Below are positions 28,084 through 37,427 of a stretch of DNA of 64,000 nt, one piece after another. Every line of letters begins with the position of its first letter. Position 1 is the stretch's first letter. Both the position numbers and the translations under genes were made by a program. This stretch comes from Candidatus Latescibacterota bacterium (lineage in GTDB: Bacteria; Latescibacterota; UBA2968; UBA8231): positions 576,001 to 640,000 of the forward strand of contig OZ242318.1 of assembly GCA_965208105.1 (NCBI GenBank), read 5' to 3'. The notes under the pieces were generated by a model. It had not been told where the DNA came from and ran no database searches. It was given only the letters and a program-made list of their open reading frames with translations.

Positions 28084-29538
28084 CTAGATGAACCCCAATC
28101 GCCGCGGTCCCCTGTCCATGGCCAGCGTGGAGGCGTCGTAGCTGCGCTGCATGAGGTCCAGCTTGAGGGGCTGGGCTTCAGCTTCGTCCCACATATTCTC
28201 GAACTCCTCGGGGTCCTCCTCCAAATCGTAGAGTTCGCCGAGCCCGTGGCCGTGGTAGAGCACCAGCTTGTAGCGCTCGTCCCGGTACATGGTGGCGAAG
28301 GTGTGGTCCGGCTCCTCGAGGGCGTCATAGTACTCGCAGCGGACAAAATCGCGATGGCGGCCGGGGTCGGCGTCGCCCCGCAGAATGGGCAGCAGGGATT
28401 TGCCCTGCATGCGCTCGGGGACGCTCATCCCCGCCAGCTCCAGCAGCGTCGGCGCCTTGTCGGTGAGCTCGACCAGGGCATTGCTGCGGAGGTCCTCGCG
28501 CAGATGGCCGGGCCAGGAGAAGATCAGCGGCACCCGCACCAGGCCCTCGTAGAACCTGCATCCCTTCTGTATGAGTCCGTGGTCCCCCAGCATCTCCCCG
28601 TGGTCGCTGGTGAAGATGATCAGGGTACTATCGCGCTGGCCAGTTTCCTCCAGGGCGTCCAGCACGCGGCCCAGCTGGTCGTCGATCTGCCTGATCATGG
28701 CGTAGTAGGCCGCCTGCAACGTTGGCGCGTCGCGCCTGCCCGCCACCGATCCCGCCGGCCACTGCTTCAGTCCCGGAGGTTTCGGCAACACCGGGTCTGC
28801 GATGTCCAGCTCTTCCGGCCGCCGCCCGCGGGACTGGAAGTCGATGGCCGCCAACACCTCCTGCTGGGCCAGATCGCTCGGGCGAAAGAGGGGTCCGGGC
28901 ATCCGTCCCGGGTCGAAGAGGTCCCGGTAGGCTCGCGGTGGATTGAAGAAGGGGTGGGGATCGTAGATATTCACGCTGGCCAGCCACGGTCCGTCGCGCT
29001 TCTGGCGCATGAACTCGATGGTCTTCTCGGCGCACCAGGTGGTCTGGTGCAACTCCGGCGGCACCCCTTCCGGGTCCTTCAACAACTCCCCCAGCACCTC
29101 CCCCCTGGAGCGCACCCAGTCGGCGTAGCCATGCCCGATGGGCCAATCGTCACGCGGCGCGTGACTGTACTCCCAGTAGCGGTAGCCGTCGTCGGTCCTG
29201 ACCTCTATGCGGCCATAGGAAGAGGTAAGATGGAGCTTGCCGATCAGCCCGCAGTCGTAGCCGCCGGAGGCCAGAAGCCGGGTGACCAGGGGCGGGTGGT
29301 CCGCCGGCAGGGCGGCCGCTCCGTTGCCGTTGACGTGCACTGCGCTTGCATACAGCCCGGTCATGAAGCTCACCCGGCTGGGGGTGCAGATGGGGCTCTG
29401 GCAGTAGGCGCGCTCGAAGGCCGTTCCCTCGCGGACAAGGCGGTCGATGTTGGGGGTAGAAACATGAGGGTTGCCCAGGGCCCCTATGGTGTCGTAGCGT
29501 TGCTGGTCGGTGCAAATCCACAGAATGTTGGGTCTCAA
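28084..29538 (-). CDS. Formylglycine-dependent sulfatase
   Basis: PNILWICTDQQR, CTPSR, GKLHL and SDHGEMLGDHG motifs. Confidence 0.92.
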   Translation of the reverse strand: MRPNILWICTDQQRYDTIGALGNPHVSTPNIDRLVREGTAFERAYCQSPICTPSRVSFMTGLYASAVHVNGNGAAALPADHPPLVTRLLASGGYDCGLIGKLHLTSSYGRIEVRTDDGYRYWEYSHAPRDDWPIGHGYADWVRSRGEVLGELLKDPEGVPPELHQTTWCAEKTIEFMRQKRDGPWLASVNIYDPHPFFNPPRAYRDLFDPGRMPGPLFRPSDLAQQEVLAAIDFQSRGRRPEELDIADPVLPKPPGLKQWPAGSVAGRRDAPTLQAAYYAMIRQIDDQLGRVLDALEETGQRDSTLIIFTSDHGEMLGDHGLIQKGCRFYEGLVRVPLIFSWPGHLREDLRSNALVELTDKAPTLLELAGMSVPERMQGKSLLPILRGDADPGRHRDFVRCEYYDALEEPDHTFATMYRDERYKLVLYHGHGLGELYDLEEDPEEFENMWDEAEAQPLKLDLMQRSYDASTLAMDRGPRRLGFI

Positions 29539-30006
29539 CAGCCTCTCCTTTCAACGGTTCGCAGAGCAGACCTTCTCAATTTACGGGTGCCGATCGGCAG
29601 GGGCAATCCAACGAGGCGCGCCGCCCCGGTGACCTGAACCCGGCCGGTTCTTGCAGAGTGCCGCCGGAAATTTGCCTCCACCGACGCGACACACTCTCGG
29701 GGCCGGCCAGGTTCATGCCGGGTTGCAACCGCTTGCAGGCATGTATGCTACCCCTTGCAGGGCGACCTGACAAGGACGCGAAAGGCAAGGATTCTGGACA
29801 TTCCATATGCTAACCTTTTGATTTATCCTGGTCCATCCGGCCGGAAGGGCTTCACAGGAACTCCCCGACCTGCCCGGACATTCCGGTTAGAGGACCGGGA
29901 ACCAGTGGAGGCTCCGCCTGGAACGCTCAGCCGGGCGCCCTTCCGAGCGGCCACCCCATCAGCGGTGGCCGCATCTGAATTGTCCGGACCGATTGCACAG
30001 TTCAAA

Positions 30007-31428
30007 ATGACCTGCAAACGCCACCATAGCCGGCGGTTCCTCTGCGAGATCCTGCTGACCTGTTCCCCGCTGCTGCTGGTTGCATGCAGCAAGGACAGTC
30101 CCACCGGGCCGCCGCCGGCCGGACAGGTGGAGGCTGCTGCTTCCAGGGTCGCATCGATCCTGACTCTTTCGGGAGCAGGACAGCGGGCCCTCCGCGGCTC
30201 CCCCCTGAGAGAACCCATCGTGGTACGGGTCTTGGACGAGGAAGGACAACCCGTGTCCGGCGCCGGGGTTGCCTTCCGGCCCGAGGCCGGCCACGGTACG
30301 GCGCATCCCGATTCGGTCACCAGCGGCCCCGACGGCCGGGCCGCTTCAACCTGGATTCTTGGCCCCGATCCGGGAACTCAGACCCTCCTCGTTTCCGCTG
30401 CCGGCCAGGTCATCGAGGTGGGCGCACGGGCCCTCGACCTGGAAGCCGAGCTGGACAGCCTGTTCGCCGCGCCGCGCCATTCCGAGGTGGCGGCCATCCG
30501 CTCCGACTGGCGAGCCCGCGGCCTTGGCGCCGACCAGGTGGCCTTCGAGCTGGAGGAGGAGTTCTCCCTGGCGGGGTCGGCAGCTACCTTGCGCATAGTA
30601 TCGCACCGGGTAGCGGGAGTAAGCCACATCGGCGCGATTATCGAACCCCGTGGGGCGGTTCGAGAGAGCCTTCCCGTCCTGGTCTTCGCCCACGGAGGAG
30701 ACGACGGCCTTGCTCTCGGGTCCACCATGCAAATCCTGGCCATGTTCCTGGGAGAGCTGCGGGACGATTTCGTCTACGTGCTCCCCTCATTCCGCGGCGA
30801 ACCGCTGGCCTACGGCGATCGCATCTGGGCGTCCGAAGGCCCCGCCAGCCCCTGGAACTACGACGTCGACGACGCCCTCTCCCTTGTCAACGTCGCCATG
30901 GAAACCGCGCCTGCAGCAATCCGGGGCCGCTACGGCGTGATCGGCGTCAGCCGGGGAGCCGGGGTGGCGCTGCTGATGGGGGCGCGGGACCCCCGCATCC
31001 AACGGATCGTCGCCTTCTTCGGTCCCACCGACATGCTCAACTCGTGGGCGCGGGACATCGCCAGGGTCCTGGTCATGGGAGGAACTGTCCACAAGCCGGG
31101 AGTCGAGTATCTTCGCACCACCCTCATCGAGCCCTGGTGGGTCGGCGCCCTCTCCCTTGCGGAGATCCGCCTGGAGCTCATTCGCCGCTCGCCGGTCTAC
31201 TTCGCCGCCGACCTCCCCCCGATGCAGCTCCACCACGGCGATGCCGACGCCGTGGTTTCAGTCTCCCAGGCCCGGTCGCTGATGCAGGCCATGAAGGCGC
31301 TCGACCGTGGACCGCCCGACTTCGAGGTCTTCATCTACAAAGGGGGTACACACGACATCCTTTCCCTCGCCGGGGCCATTCCCCGCGCCATAGCATTTTT
31401 CGCCGCCCTCCTCGAAAAAGGGGGTTAG
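30007..31428 (+). CDS. Lipoprotein with Big-1/Ig-like domain and alpha/beta-hydrolase domain
   Basis: Lipobox LVAC, VRVLDEEGQPVSG Ig motif, HGG, GVSRG nucleophile and HHGDAD. Confidence 0.8.
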   Translation: MTCKRHHSRRFLCEILLTCSPLLLVACSKDSPTGPPPAGQVEAAASRVASILTLSGAGQRALRGSPLREPIVVRVLDEEGQPVSGAGVAFRPEAGHGTAHPDSVTSGPDGRAASTWILGPDPGTQTLLVSAAGQVIEVGARALDLEAELDSLFAAPRHSEVAAIRSDWRARGLGADQVAFELEEEFSLAGSAATLRIVSHRVAGVSHIGAIIEPRGAVRESLPVLVFAHGGDDGLALGSTMQILAMFLGELRDDFVYVLPSFRGEPLAYGDRIWASEGPASPWNYDVDDALSLVNVAMETAPAAIRGRYGVIGVSRGAGVALLMGARDPRIQRIVAFFGPTDMLNSWARDIARVLVMGGTVHKPGVEYLRTTLIEPWWVGALSLAEIRLELIRRSPVYFAADLPPMQLHHGDADAVVSVSQARSLMQAMKALDRGPPDFEVFIYKGGTHDILSLAGAIPRAIAFFAALLEKGG

Positions 31429-31504
31429 CGAGGGAAACGAGGCCCCTTGCTGCACATTTCCCGACGGGAACCGGCCTGAACCCCGCGGCCGGCCCGGCGC
31501 CGTC

Positions 31505-32152
31505 TCAGCTTATTCCGGACAGGAGCTCGAGGGCAAAGGCGGGGATGGTGGAATCGGCGCCGGTCTCGAGGTGCTCGAAGGAATGATAAACCTCCGCCCT
31601 CAGACCCGCCCGCCTGGCGGCCTCGACGTTCTCGGCACGGTCGTCGACGAAGAAAAGCTGGCAGGCTTCGTGGCCTGACGCCTCGATCAAGCTGCGGTAT
31701 ATCTCCGGCTGTGGCTTCACGACTCCCACTTCGCAGGAGAAAACGCCGAAGTCGAAATCCCTCCACCAGGAGAAACGCCGGCTGCAATGATCGAGCACAT
31801 CCTTCGGCAGATTCGACAGAATACCGACGGGAAACCCCGTCTGGCGCAGCCGCTCGATCCAGGTCAGAATGCGGCCATCGCAGACCGACCAGCTCCTGGC
31901 ATCCTCCTCGACGAGGCGATCCAGAAGGCGGGCGGGCGGTTCTTCAATCCAACCCGAGAGAGTCTTCCTCCAGTACTCTCTTCCGGTGAGGCCGCCGGCG
32001 TCGTATCCGTCCCTGTGAGAATAGTACCTCTCCTCGAATTCGGGAAGGGAAAGTCCCGTCAAGCTGAGCAGGTTGCCTAGATGACCTGGATCCTGGGCGG
32101 CGGCGATGACGCCGCCAAAATCGAAGACGAAGGCTCGGATTTCGTCAACCAT
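31505..32152 (-). CDS. HAD-family phosphatase (YihX-like)
   Basis: FDFGGV, LSN, KPQPEIY and FVDDRAENV motifs. Confidence 0.88.
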   Translation of the reverse strand: MVDEIRAFVFDFGGVIAAAQDPGHLGNLLSLTGLSLPEFEERYYSHRDGYDAGGLTGREYWRKTLSGWIEEPPARLLDRLVEEDARSWSVCDGRILTWIERLRQTGFPVGILSNLPKDVLDHCSRRFSWWRDFDFGVFSCEVGVVKPQPEIYRSLIEASGHEACQLFFVDDRAENVEAARRAGLRAEVYHSFEHLETGADSTIPAFALELLSGIS

Positions 32153-32311
32153 GCGTGAGGCGCCCTCTCTGGTTCAGGGCGGGGTTGCACGGGGAATTTG
32201 CACGGTAAGGGGAACGAAGGGACAGGCTCGAAAATCTGCATCCCCCATGAGGACAGCCCCAACCGCCGCCTGGCAATTTCCCCGGCCGCCAGCACGCCCA
32301 CCGGGAGCAGG

Positions 32312-32845
32312 TCAACCCCAGTCCCTGGCATTCCTCAGGCGAATACCGCTGAAATGCAGGGCGCTCCTGCGCGCCTCTCGCAGTGGAACGAGCGAATCGA
32401 CCACATGGAGGTCGGTCCGGCACTCACCCAACTTTTCCGGCAAGTCGGTGAGGACAGCCAGGTCAACGGGGCGTACGGCTCGCTTGCAAACCCACATCCC
32501 GGCATCGCGGATGTCGATGAAATCGCCGGGAGCAAACTCGTAGCGAATTATGCTGGCTGCCTGAAGGCGTTGATACCATTCCCGTTCGATGTAGGCCACG
32601 GTTCTGTCCCTGTTTCCACCCAACCAGCGGCGGCAATCAACCTCCGTTGTCCGGGGCGTTGCCCACAGCAGAATCCGCGGGCACTGGCGCGGAAAGAGGT
32701 ACATCTTCTGATGCGTTTCGGCGATTGCCCAGACCAGGGGGCCGTTGAGCCACTCCATACCCTCGGGGCGGACGGAAGGCACCCGTACCGGGCGAGGTGC
32801 GAACTCGGCAATATCGGAATCCTCACTGAAATGAAACAACCTCAT
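32312..32845 (-). CDS. Conserved hypothetical protein (DUF6886-like)
   Basis: MRLFHFSED..I..F.PR, LVWAI and YLFPRQCPRI pattern, recognised from memory. Confidence 0.6.
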   Translation of the reverse strand: MRLFHFSEDSDIAEFAPRPVRVPSVRPEGMEWLNGPLVWAIAETHQKMYLFPRQCPRILLWATPRTTEVDCRRWLGGNRDRTVAYIEREWYQRLQAASIIRYEFAPGDFIDIRDAGMWVCKRAVRPVDLAVLTDLPEKLGECRTDLHVVDSLVPLREARRSALHFSGIRLRNARDWG

Positions 32846-32939
32846 GGTCCCACGGCCATCCTTCAGTTTTCCATTTCGTTCGATCGAACCAGGGTTTTCA
32901 GTTGAGTCGCAGACGAGGGCGGAGCCCGGTCTGTTTCGA

Positions 32940-34298
32940 TCACCGGGTCTCGCCCTGAACACCGGGCGGGTTGCCCGGCGGAGGAACTGATCCCAGGCTG
33001 GCGCCGAATCGGTCCCTGACCAGGGCCACCGCCTCCTCCGGCGTCGACAGCCGGCCCTCCAGCTGCTCGTCTTCCAGGGCTTCGAGAATCTCCTTGAACA
33101 GAGGACCGGGCTCGAATCCCAGGGCGATGAGATCGTGGCCGCTGAGAAGCGGCGATGGACGCAGGTCCTCCTCGTCGATCTCGGCCAGTTTCCGGCGGCA
33201 GAACCGGTAGAGATCCAGCTGCCCGTGGCTGCTCAGACAATCGATGCGGTGCAGCTCGAGGAGCTCGGGGAAAAACGGTTGGCGCAGAAAGCGCTTCAGC
33301 CTGCTCGGCCGCATCTCCCTGACGTGGCGCATGCGCATGTGGTTGCCCACCAGGTGGCAGATCTGTTCGCTTTCACGCCCCGACAGCCGCAGGCGCCGGC
33401 AAATCCGGGCGGCCATGCGGGCCCCGACGACATCGTGGTCATTGAAGCGAATGCGGTCGGTCACCGCGTAGGTGGGAGGCTTGCCGATGTCGTGCAGAAT
33501 AACGCTCCAGGCCAGGGTCGGGCTGGCTCCATGGAGGTGGTCCAACATCAGCTTGACGTGAGTCCAAACATCCCCTTCCGGGTGGAACTCCGGGGGCTGG
33601 GGGATCCCCTGCATCCGCGCCACCTCGGGCAGTACCTGGTGCAGCAGGCCCGTTTCCAGCAGCAGCTCCATGCCGCGGGCGGCGCGGCCTTCGGTGAGAA
33701 TCCTGGTGAGCTCGTCGCGGCGTCGCTCGGCACTGACGCCGCCGATATTGTCGGCATGCTCTTTGATGGCGGCGAAGGTGAGGGACTCGATCTCGAAATC
33801 CAGGCGGGCCGCAAAGCGCACCGCCCGCAACATGCGCAGGTAGTCCTCGGCGAAGCGCTCCGGCGGAGCGCCGATGGCCCTGACCACCTTCTTCTCAATG
33901 TCCCTGCGCCCGCCTACGTAGTCGATCCACTTGTCTGCCAGCGGATCGAAAAACATCCCGTTGATGGTGAAGTCGCGCCGCAGGGCGTCCTGGCGCGCGT
34001 CGGAAAACTCCACCTGGAGCGGATGGCGGCCGTCCAGGTAGGGGCCGTCGCGCCGGAATCGCGCCACCTCGTAGCGCCGGCCCTCCAGCACGACCACCAC
34101 GATCCCGAACTGCGCTCCCACTGGGATGGTGTCCCCGAAGAGGCCCATTATCTCAGGGGGCCCGGCGTCGGTGGCCACGTCCCAGTCCGCCGGCGCCCGC
34201 CCCATGGCCAGGTCGCGCACGCAGCCGCCGGCCAGCAAAGCCTGGTGCCCTTCCTCCCGCAAGGTGCGGACGATTTGGAGGGCACCCGGATCGATCAT
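32940..34298 (-). CDS. cca: Class II tRNA nucleotidyltransferase with HD domain
   Basis: GGCVRD, DWDVAT, RRDFTIN, EDYLRMLRAVRF and LHDIGKP motifs. Confidence 0.88.
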   Translation of the reverse strand: MIDPGALQIVRTLREEGHQALLAGGCVRDLAMGRAPADWDVATDAGPPEIMGLFGDTIPVGAQFGIVVVVLEGRRYEVARFRRDGPYLDGRHPLQVEFSDARQDALRRDFTINGMFFDPLADKWIDYVGGRRDIEKKVVRAIGAPPERFAEDYLRMLRAVRFAARLDFEIESLTFAAIKEHADNIGGVSAERRRDELTRILTEGRAARGMELLLETGLLHQVLPEVARMQGIPQPPEFHPEGDVWTHVKLMLDHLHGASPTLAWSVILHDIGKPPTYAVTDRIRFNDHDVVGARMAARICRRLRLSGRESEQICHLVGNHMRMRHVREMRPSRLKRFLRQPFFPELLELHRIDCLSSHGQLDLYRFCRRKLAEIDEEDLRPSPLLSGHDLIALGFEPGPLFKEILEALEDEQLEGRLSTPEEAVALVRDRFGASLGSVPPPGNPPGVQGETR

Positions 34299-34302
34299 GC
34301 TC

Positions 34303-35331
34303 CTATTGAATCTTGAAGCTGGCCACGCCGCTGACCGAGTTCTCCACCCCGCTGTCCTTGGTCCCGGCAACTACCTTCCAGTAGTAGATCTGGCCGGACT
34401 CCAGTGCGGCGCGCTCGCCGGACAACAGCGGACGTCCCACGAAGACCGCGGTGGTGTCGCCCACCAGGGGCATGTCGCTGACCTCCCCGCTTGTCGGAGA
34501 GCTGGTGACGATCACCCGGTAGTTCTTGGCCTCTTTCACCTTCCGCCAGTAGAAGGCCGGTGTCTGCGAGGTGTGCTCTCCCTGCACCGGCCGCACCAGC
34601 TCGGGGAGAACCAGGGCTACATCCGATGCCCACTGGGAAGCGGCGCTTTCCTTGCCGCCCCGGTCCAACGCCGTAATCCGGTAATAGTACACCGTGCCTA
34701 CTTCCACGTCGGCGTCGACATAGCGCGGATCGGTTACCTCGGCGATCATGTTCTGCTCGCCGGGGACGAAATCCTCAGAGGTGGACCGGAAGACTCTGTA
34801 CACGGACAGGTCCGACTCGGGGTTGAGATCCCAGTCCAGTGAAATGGAGACAGCGCTCCAGCCGGCGAGGGGCACGCTGACGGCCTGGGGGCTGGATGGC
34901 ACGGAGAAGTTGTGGGCGACGGCGCGCACCGTGCGTGGGGCCTGGGGCGACAGGTTGTTGAAGGGCTGGCCGCTGACCACGTTCGAGGCTTCGCTCTCCC
35001 TGCCGTTGCCGCCTACCGCAGTAACGTAGTAGGTGTACTCCACTTCGTACTCCAGGCCCAGGTCGCGGAACCTGGTGCTGAAGAGGGAATCCACGGCCAC
35101 CGCCGCGCCCTTGTTCTGCGCCCTGTAGACGACATAGAGCGGACCGTCTTCCTGGCCCTCCCAGCGCAGCCATATCTCGCCGTCCCCTATCTTCTCCACG
35201 GAGAGATTTTCCGGCCTGGTCGCTGCCGCGTTGGCGGCCGGGGCCGGCTCGGGGCCGGTGGAATCCCCTCCACCACAGGCAATCAGCCCCAGGGCTGCAC
35301 CTGCAAGCAGCGGAAAAACTGCATCTTTCAT
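34303..35331 (-). CDS. Fibronectin type III repeat lipoprotein
   Basis: Lipobox LIAC. Repeated W…Y.VYR…YYY.[VI]TA.D/G…ES. Confidence 0.8.
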   Translation of the reverse strand: MKDAVFPLLAGAALGLIACGGGDSTGPEPAPAANAAATRPENLSVEKIGDGEIWLRWEGQEDGPLYVVYRAQNKGAAVAVDSLFSTRFRDLGLEYEVEYTYYVTAVGGNGRESEASNVVSGQPFNNLSPQAPRTVRAVAHNFSVPSSPQAVSVPLAGWSAVSISLDWDLNPESDLSVYRVFRSTSEDFVPGEQNMIAEVTDPRYVDADVEVGTVYYYRITALDRGGKESAASQWASDVALVLPELVRPVQGEHTSQTPAFYWRKVKEAKNYRVIVTSSPTSGEVSDMPLVGDTTAVFVGRPLLSGERAALESGQIYYWKVVAGTKDSGVENSVSGVASFKIQ

Positions 35332-35661
35332 GATAGTACCTCCCCACTTAAATGGTCTCTAATTATTAAATATATTATGTTTACCTCAAATTCGGCAAGC
35401 AGTCTCGGGCAGCTCCAGGTTCCCCCATACCTGAGGCCCGCCCCTTTCCATGGGGGATTCTGCATCCGCAGGACAATCTTTCACCCGACCTTGGCTGCCT
35501 GCGGAGTTTACGTATACCGCCTGAAGGTGGAGCCCGGACCGTCCACCGGCGCATGCTGCTCTGCGCTGAGGACCGGGGCGCAGCTCGATTTCTCTACTGC
35601 ACCAAACCTCGGAGGTTATACTTCCAATTCGTTGAAGGGAAAAGAATTACAGAAAAATTCC

Positions 35662-37116
35662 ATGCTGCCTGAAACCCGGAACGGCGCGGTTGAGATCCCG
35701 CTGGAGGAACGCCAGCTCTTTGTCGACGATCACCTCGTGCGCGAAATGGTCCATCTCACCCGCACTATGCACTCTCCGGTTAAGAAGGGGACCGTGATCC
35801 GCCCGGACCGCGGTGAGCACGCCATCCAGACCCGCAGCGCCCCATTCTGGGATCCAGGGGACGAGGTATTCAAGTACTGGGTGCACGGTTGCCGCGAAAG
35901 CCCGGATGGACTGAGCTGGAAACGGGTGCCGCACACCCGGGATCCGAAAGTGGGAAGGTGCGTCATCTACGATCCGGTGGACCCGGACCCCGCCCGGCGC
36001 TACAAGGCGTGGTCCCCCGAGACCTTCCACGTTTCGGGGGACGGCCGTCAATGGCGGCAGCTCGATGTCGAGCCCATTTCCGCCGGGGACGACTTCAATT
36101 TCTCCCTGGACCGGAAACGCCGGCTCTACCTGGCCACCGTCAAGCACCCGTCGGTCTACGGGCGCTCCATTTGGCTCTCCACCAGCAGCGACTTCGAGGC
36201 GTGGTCCGGGCCCGAACTCATCTTCGAGGCTGACGAGCTGGACCAGGAGCTCGCCCGCCGGCGCATCAGGGACTGGTTTGGCGATCCTGCCCGCCACCAT
36301 CCCTACATCGACATCCCCTCCCACTACGGTGTCGATATCTACAATATGGGAGTTTTCAGGTACGAGAGCGTCTATATCGGTCTGCCCTCCTTCTTCCATC
36401 ACACCGGCACCGTGCACCCCCATTGGCCGGGGTTCGCGGGGATGGACCTGGTCCCCGCCGCGCGCGACTACATATCGGAATACGGCGACTATTCCGGGTT
36501 TCACCACGTGCAACTGGCCTGCAGCCGCGATCTGCGCCACTGGACCCGTCTCGGAGACCGCCGGCCCTTCATCGACTGTTCTCCGCTCGGAGGCGGTGCT
36601 CACGACGTTTCCTCGGTGCGGCCCGCCTCCGACGCCCTGGTCCGCGGCGACGAGCTCTGGTTCTACTATACAGGGGGAAGGTACTACGAAATAATCCGCC
36701 TCGGGGAAGCCGACGTCTACGCCATCTGTCTGGCCGTGCTGCGACGGGATGGCTTCGTCTCCCTCGATGCCGGTGACCTGCCGGGAAGCGTGTTGACCCC
36801 GGCCCTGGTGGTGCCGCAGGGTGCCCGGCGCCTTTTCGTCAACGCAGACCTGGCCGCAGGCGAACTGCGGGCGGTTGTTCTGGACCCTGTCGGTCGGCCC
36901 CTGGAGGGCTTTTCCGATCCCCAGGTGCTGCTCGTCCCCGGAAAGGCCACCGAGACCTGTCCCATCCCGCGCTGCAGCAACCCCATCAGGGGAGACCTCG
37001 CCAGGGCCGAGCTGGTCTGGAAGGGTCACGGGGACCTGGAGGTACTGGCCGGCCGCACGGTCAACCTGCGCTTCACTCTGAGCAGGGGAAGCCTCTATTC
37101 CTTCTGGTTCGAATAA
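35662..37116 (+). CDS. Glycoside hydrolase-like beta-propeller protein
   Basis: RQLFVDD start, Asp-box-like S.DG..W repeats and LRRDGFVSL before a C-terminal sandwich ending LYSFWF. Confidence 0.7.
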   Translation: MLPETRNGAVEIPLEERQLFVDDHLVREMVHLTRTMHSPVKKGTVIRPDRGEHAIQTRSAPFWDPGDEVFKYWVHGCRESPDGLSWKRVPHTRDPKVGRCVIYDPVDPDPARRYKAWSPETFHVSGDGRQWRQLDVEPISAGDDFNFSLDRKRRLYLATVKHPSVYGRSIWLSTSSDFEAWSGPELIFEADELDQELARRRIRDWFGDPARHHPYIDIPSHYGVDIYNMGVFRYESVYIGLPSFFHHTGTVHPHWPGFAGMDLVPAARDYISEYGDYSGFHHVQLACSRDLRHWTRLGDRRPFIDCSPLGGGAHDVSSVRPASDALVRGDELWFYYTGGRYYEIIRLGEADVYAICLAVLRRDGFVSLDAGDLPGSVLTPALVVPQGARRLFVNADLAAGELRAVVLDPVGRPLEGFSDPQVLLVPGKATETCPIPRCSNPIRGDLARAELVWKGHGDLEVLAGRTVNLRFTLSRGSLYSFWFE

Positions 37117-37261
37117 GGCGCCGCGCGCACGGGTCCTGCAACCTGGATTCCCCTAAAGGACGGGGCCCGGACCGCGGCGGACTCCTTCCATGCGCAGGCC
37201 GGGTGGTGCAGGCCGAAATGCCGAGGCGAAGGAAATCCGAGGAATTGGTGGGAGGGCAACC

Positions 37262-37427
37262 TAGTGTCCCGTCGCAGAGATAGGTTGACGAAATTGGGCC
37301 GCCGAGGCGCCCGGCTCACAAGGCGCCTGAGCGAGTCGTACCAGTGGTGTACGGCGAGTGAAGGCAACGCCGTGAGCCGGGATGGATCGGCGGAATAATG
37401 GCGACATATTTCTGCGACGGGACACTA
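37262..37427 (+). mobile_element. Family 1 element, copy C (complete, CTAG at both ends)
   Basis: TAGTGTCCCGTCGCAGAGATA…TATTTCTGCGACGGGACACTA. The right end is the TAG stop of the GH95-like gene. Confidence 0.88.

Noticed and set aside
29757-29935. c-di-GMP-I or glycine riboswitch (GGACGCGAAAG and AACGCTCAG)
   Set aside because: Only isolated words match. The GNRA-capped stem and the GGAGA/CCGAAG arrangement are missing.
32172-32960. 10-bp inverted repeat GTTCAGGGCG/CGCCCTGAAC flanking the DUF6886-like gene
   Set aside because: Short, one arm lies within cca coding sequence, and no target duplication was seen.
37327-37365. Hammerhead ribozyme in the family 1 element (CUGAGCGA-stem-GAGUGAA)
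   Set aside because: The core needs CUGANGA and GAAA right after stem II. Here there is an extra base, GAGU/AAGU follows the stem, and no stem III or cleavage triplet is evident.
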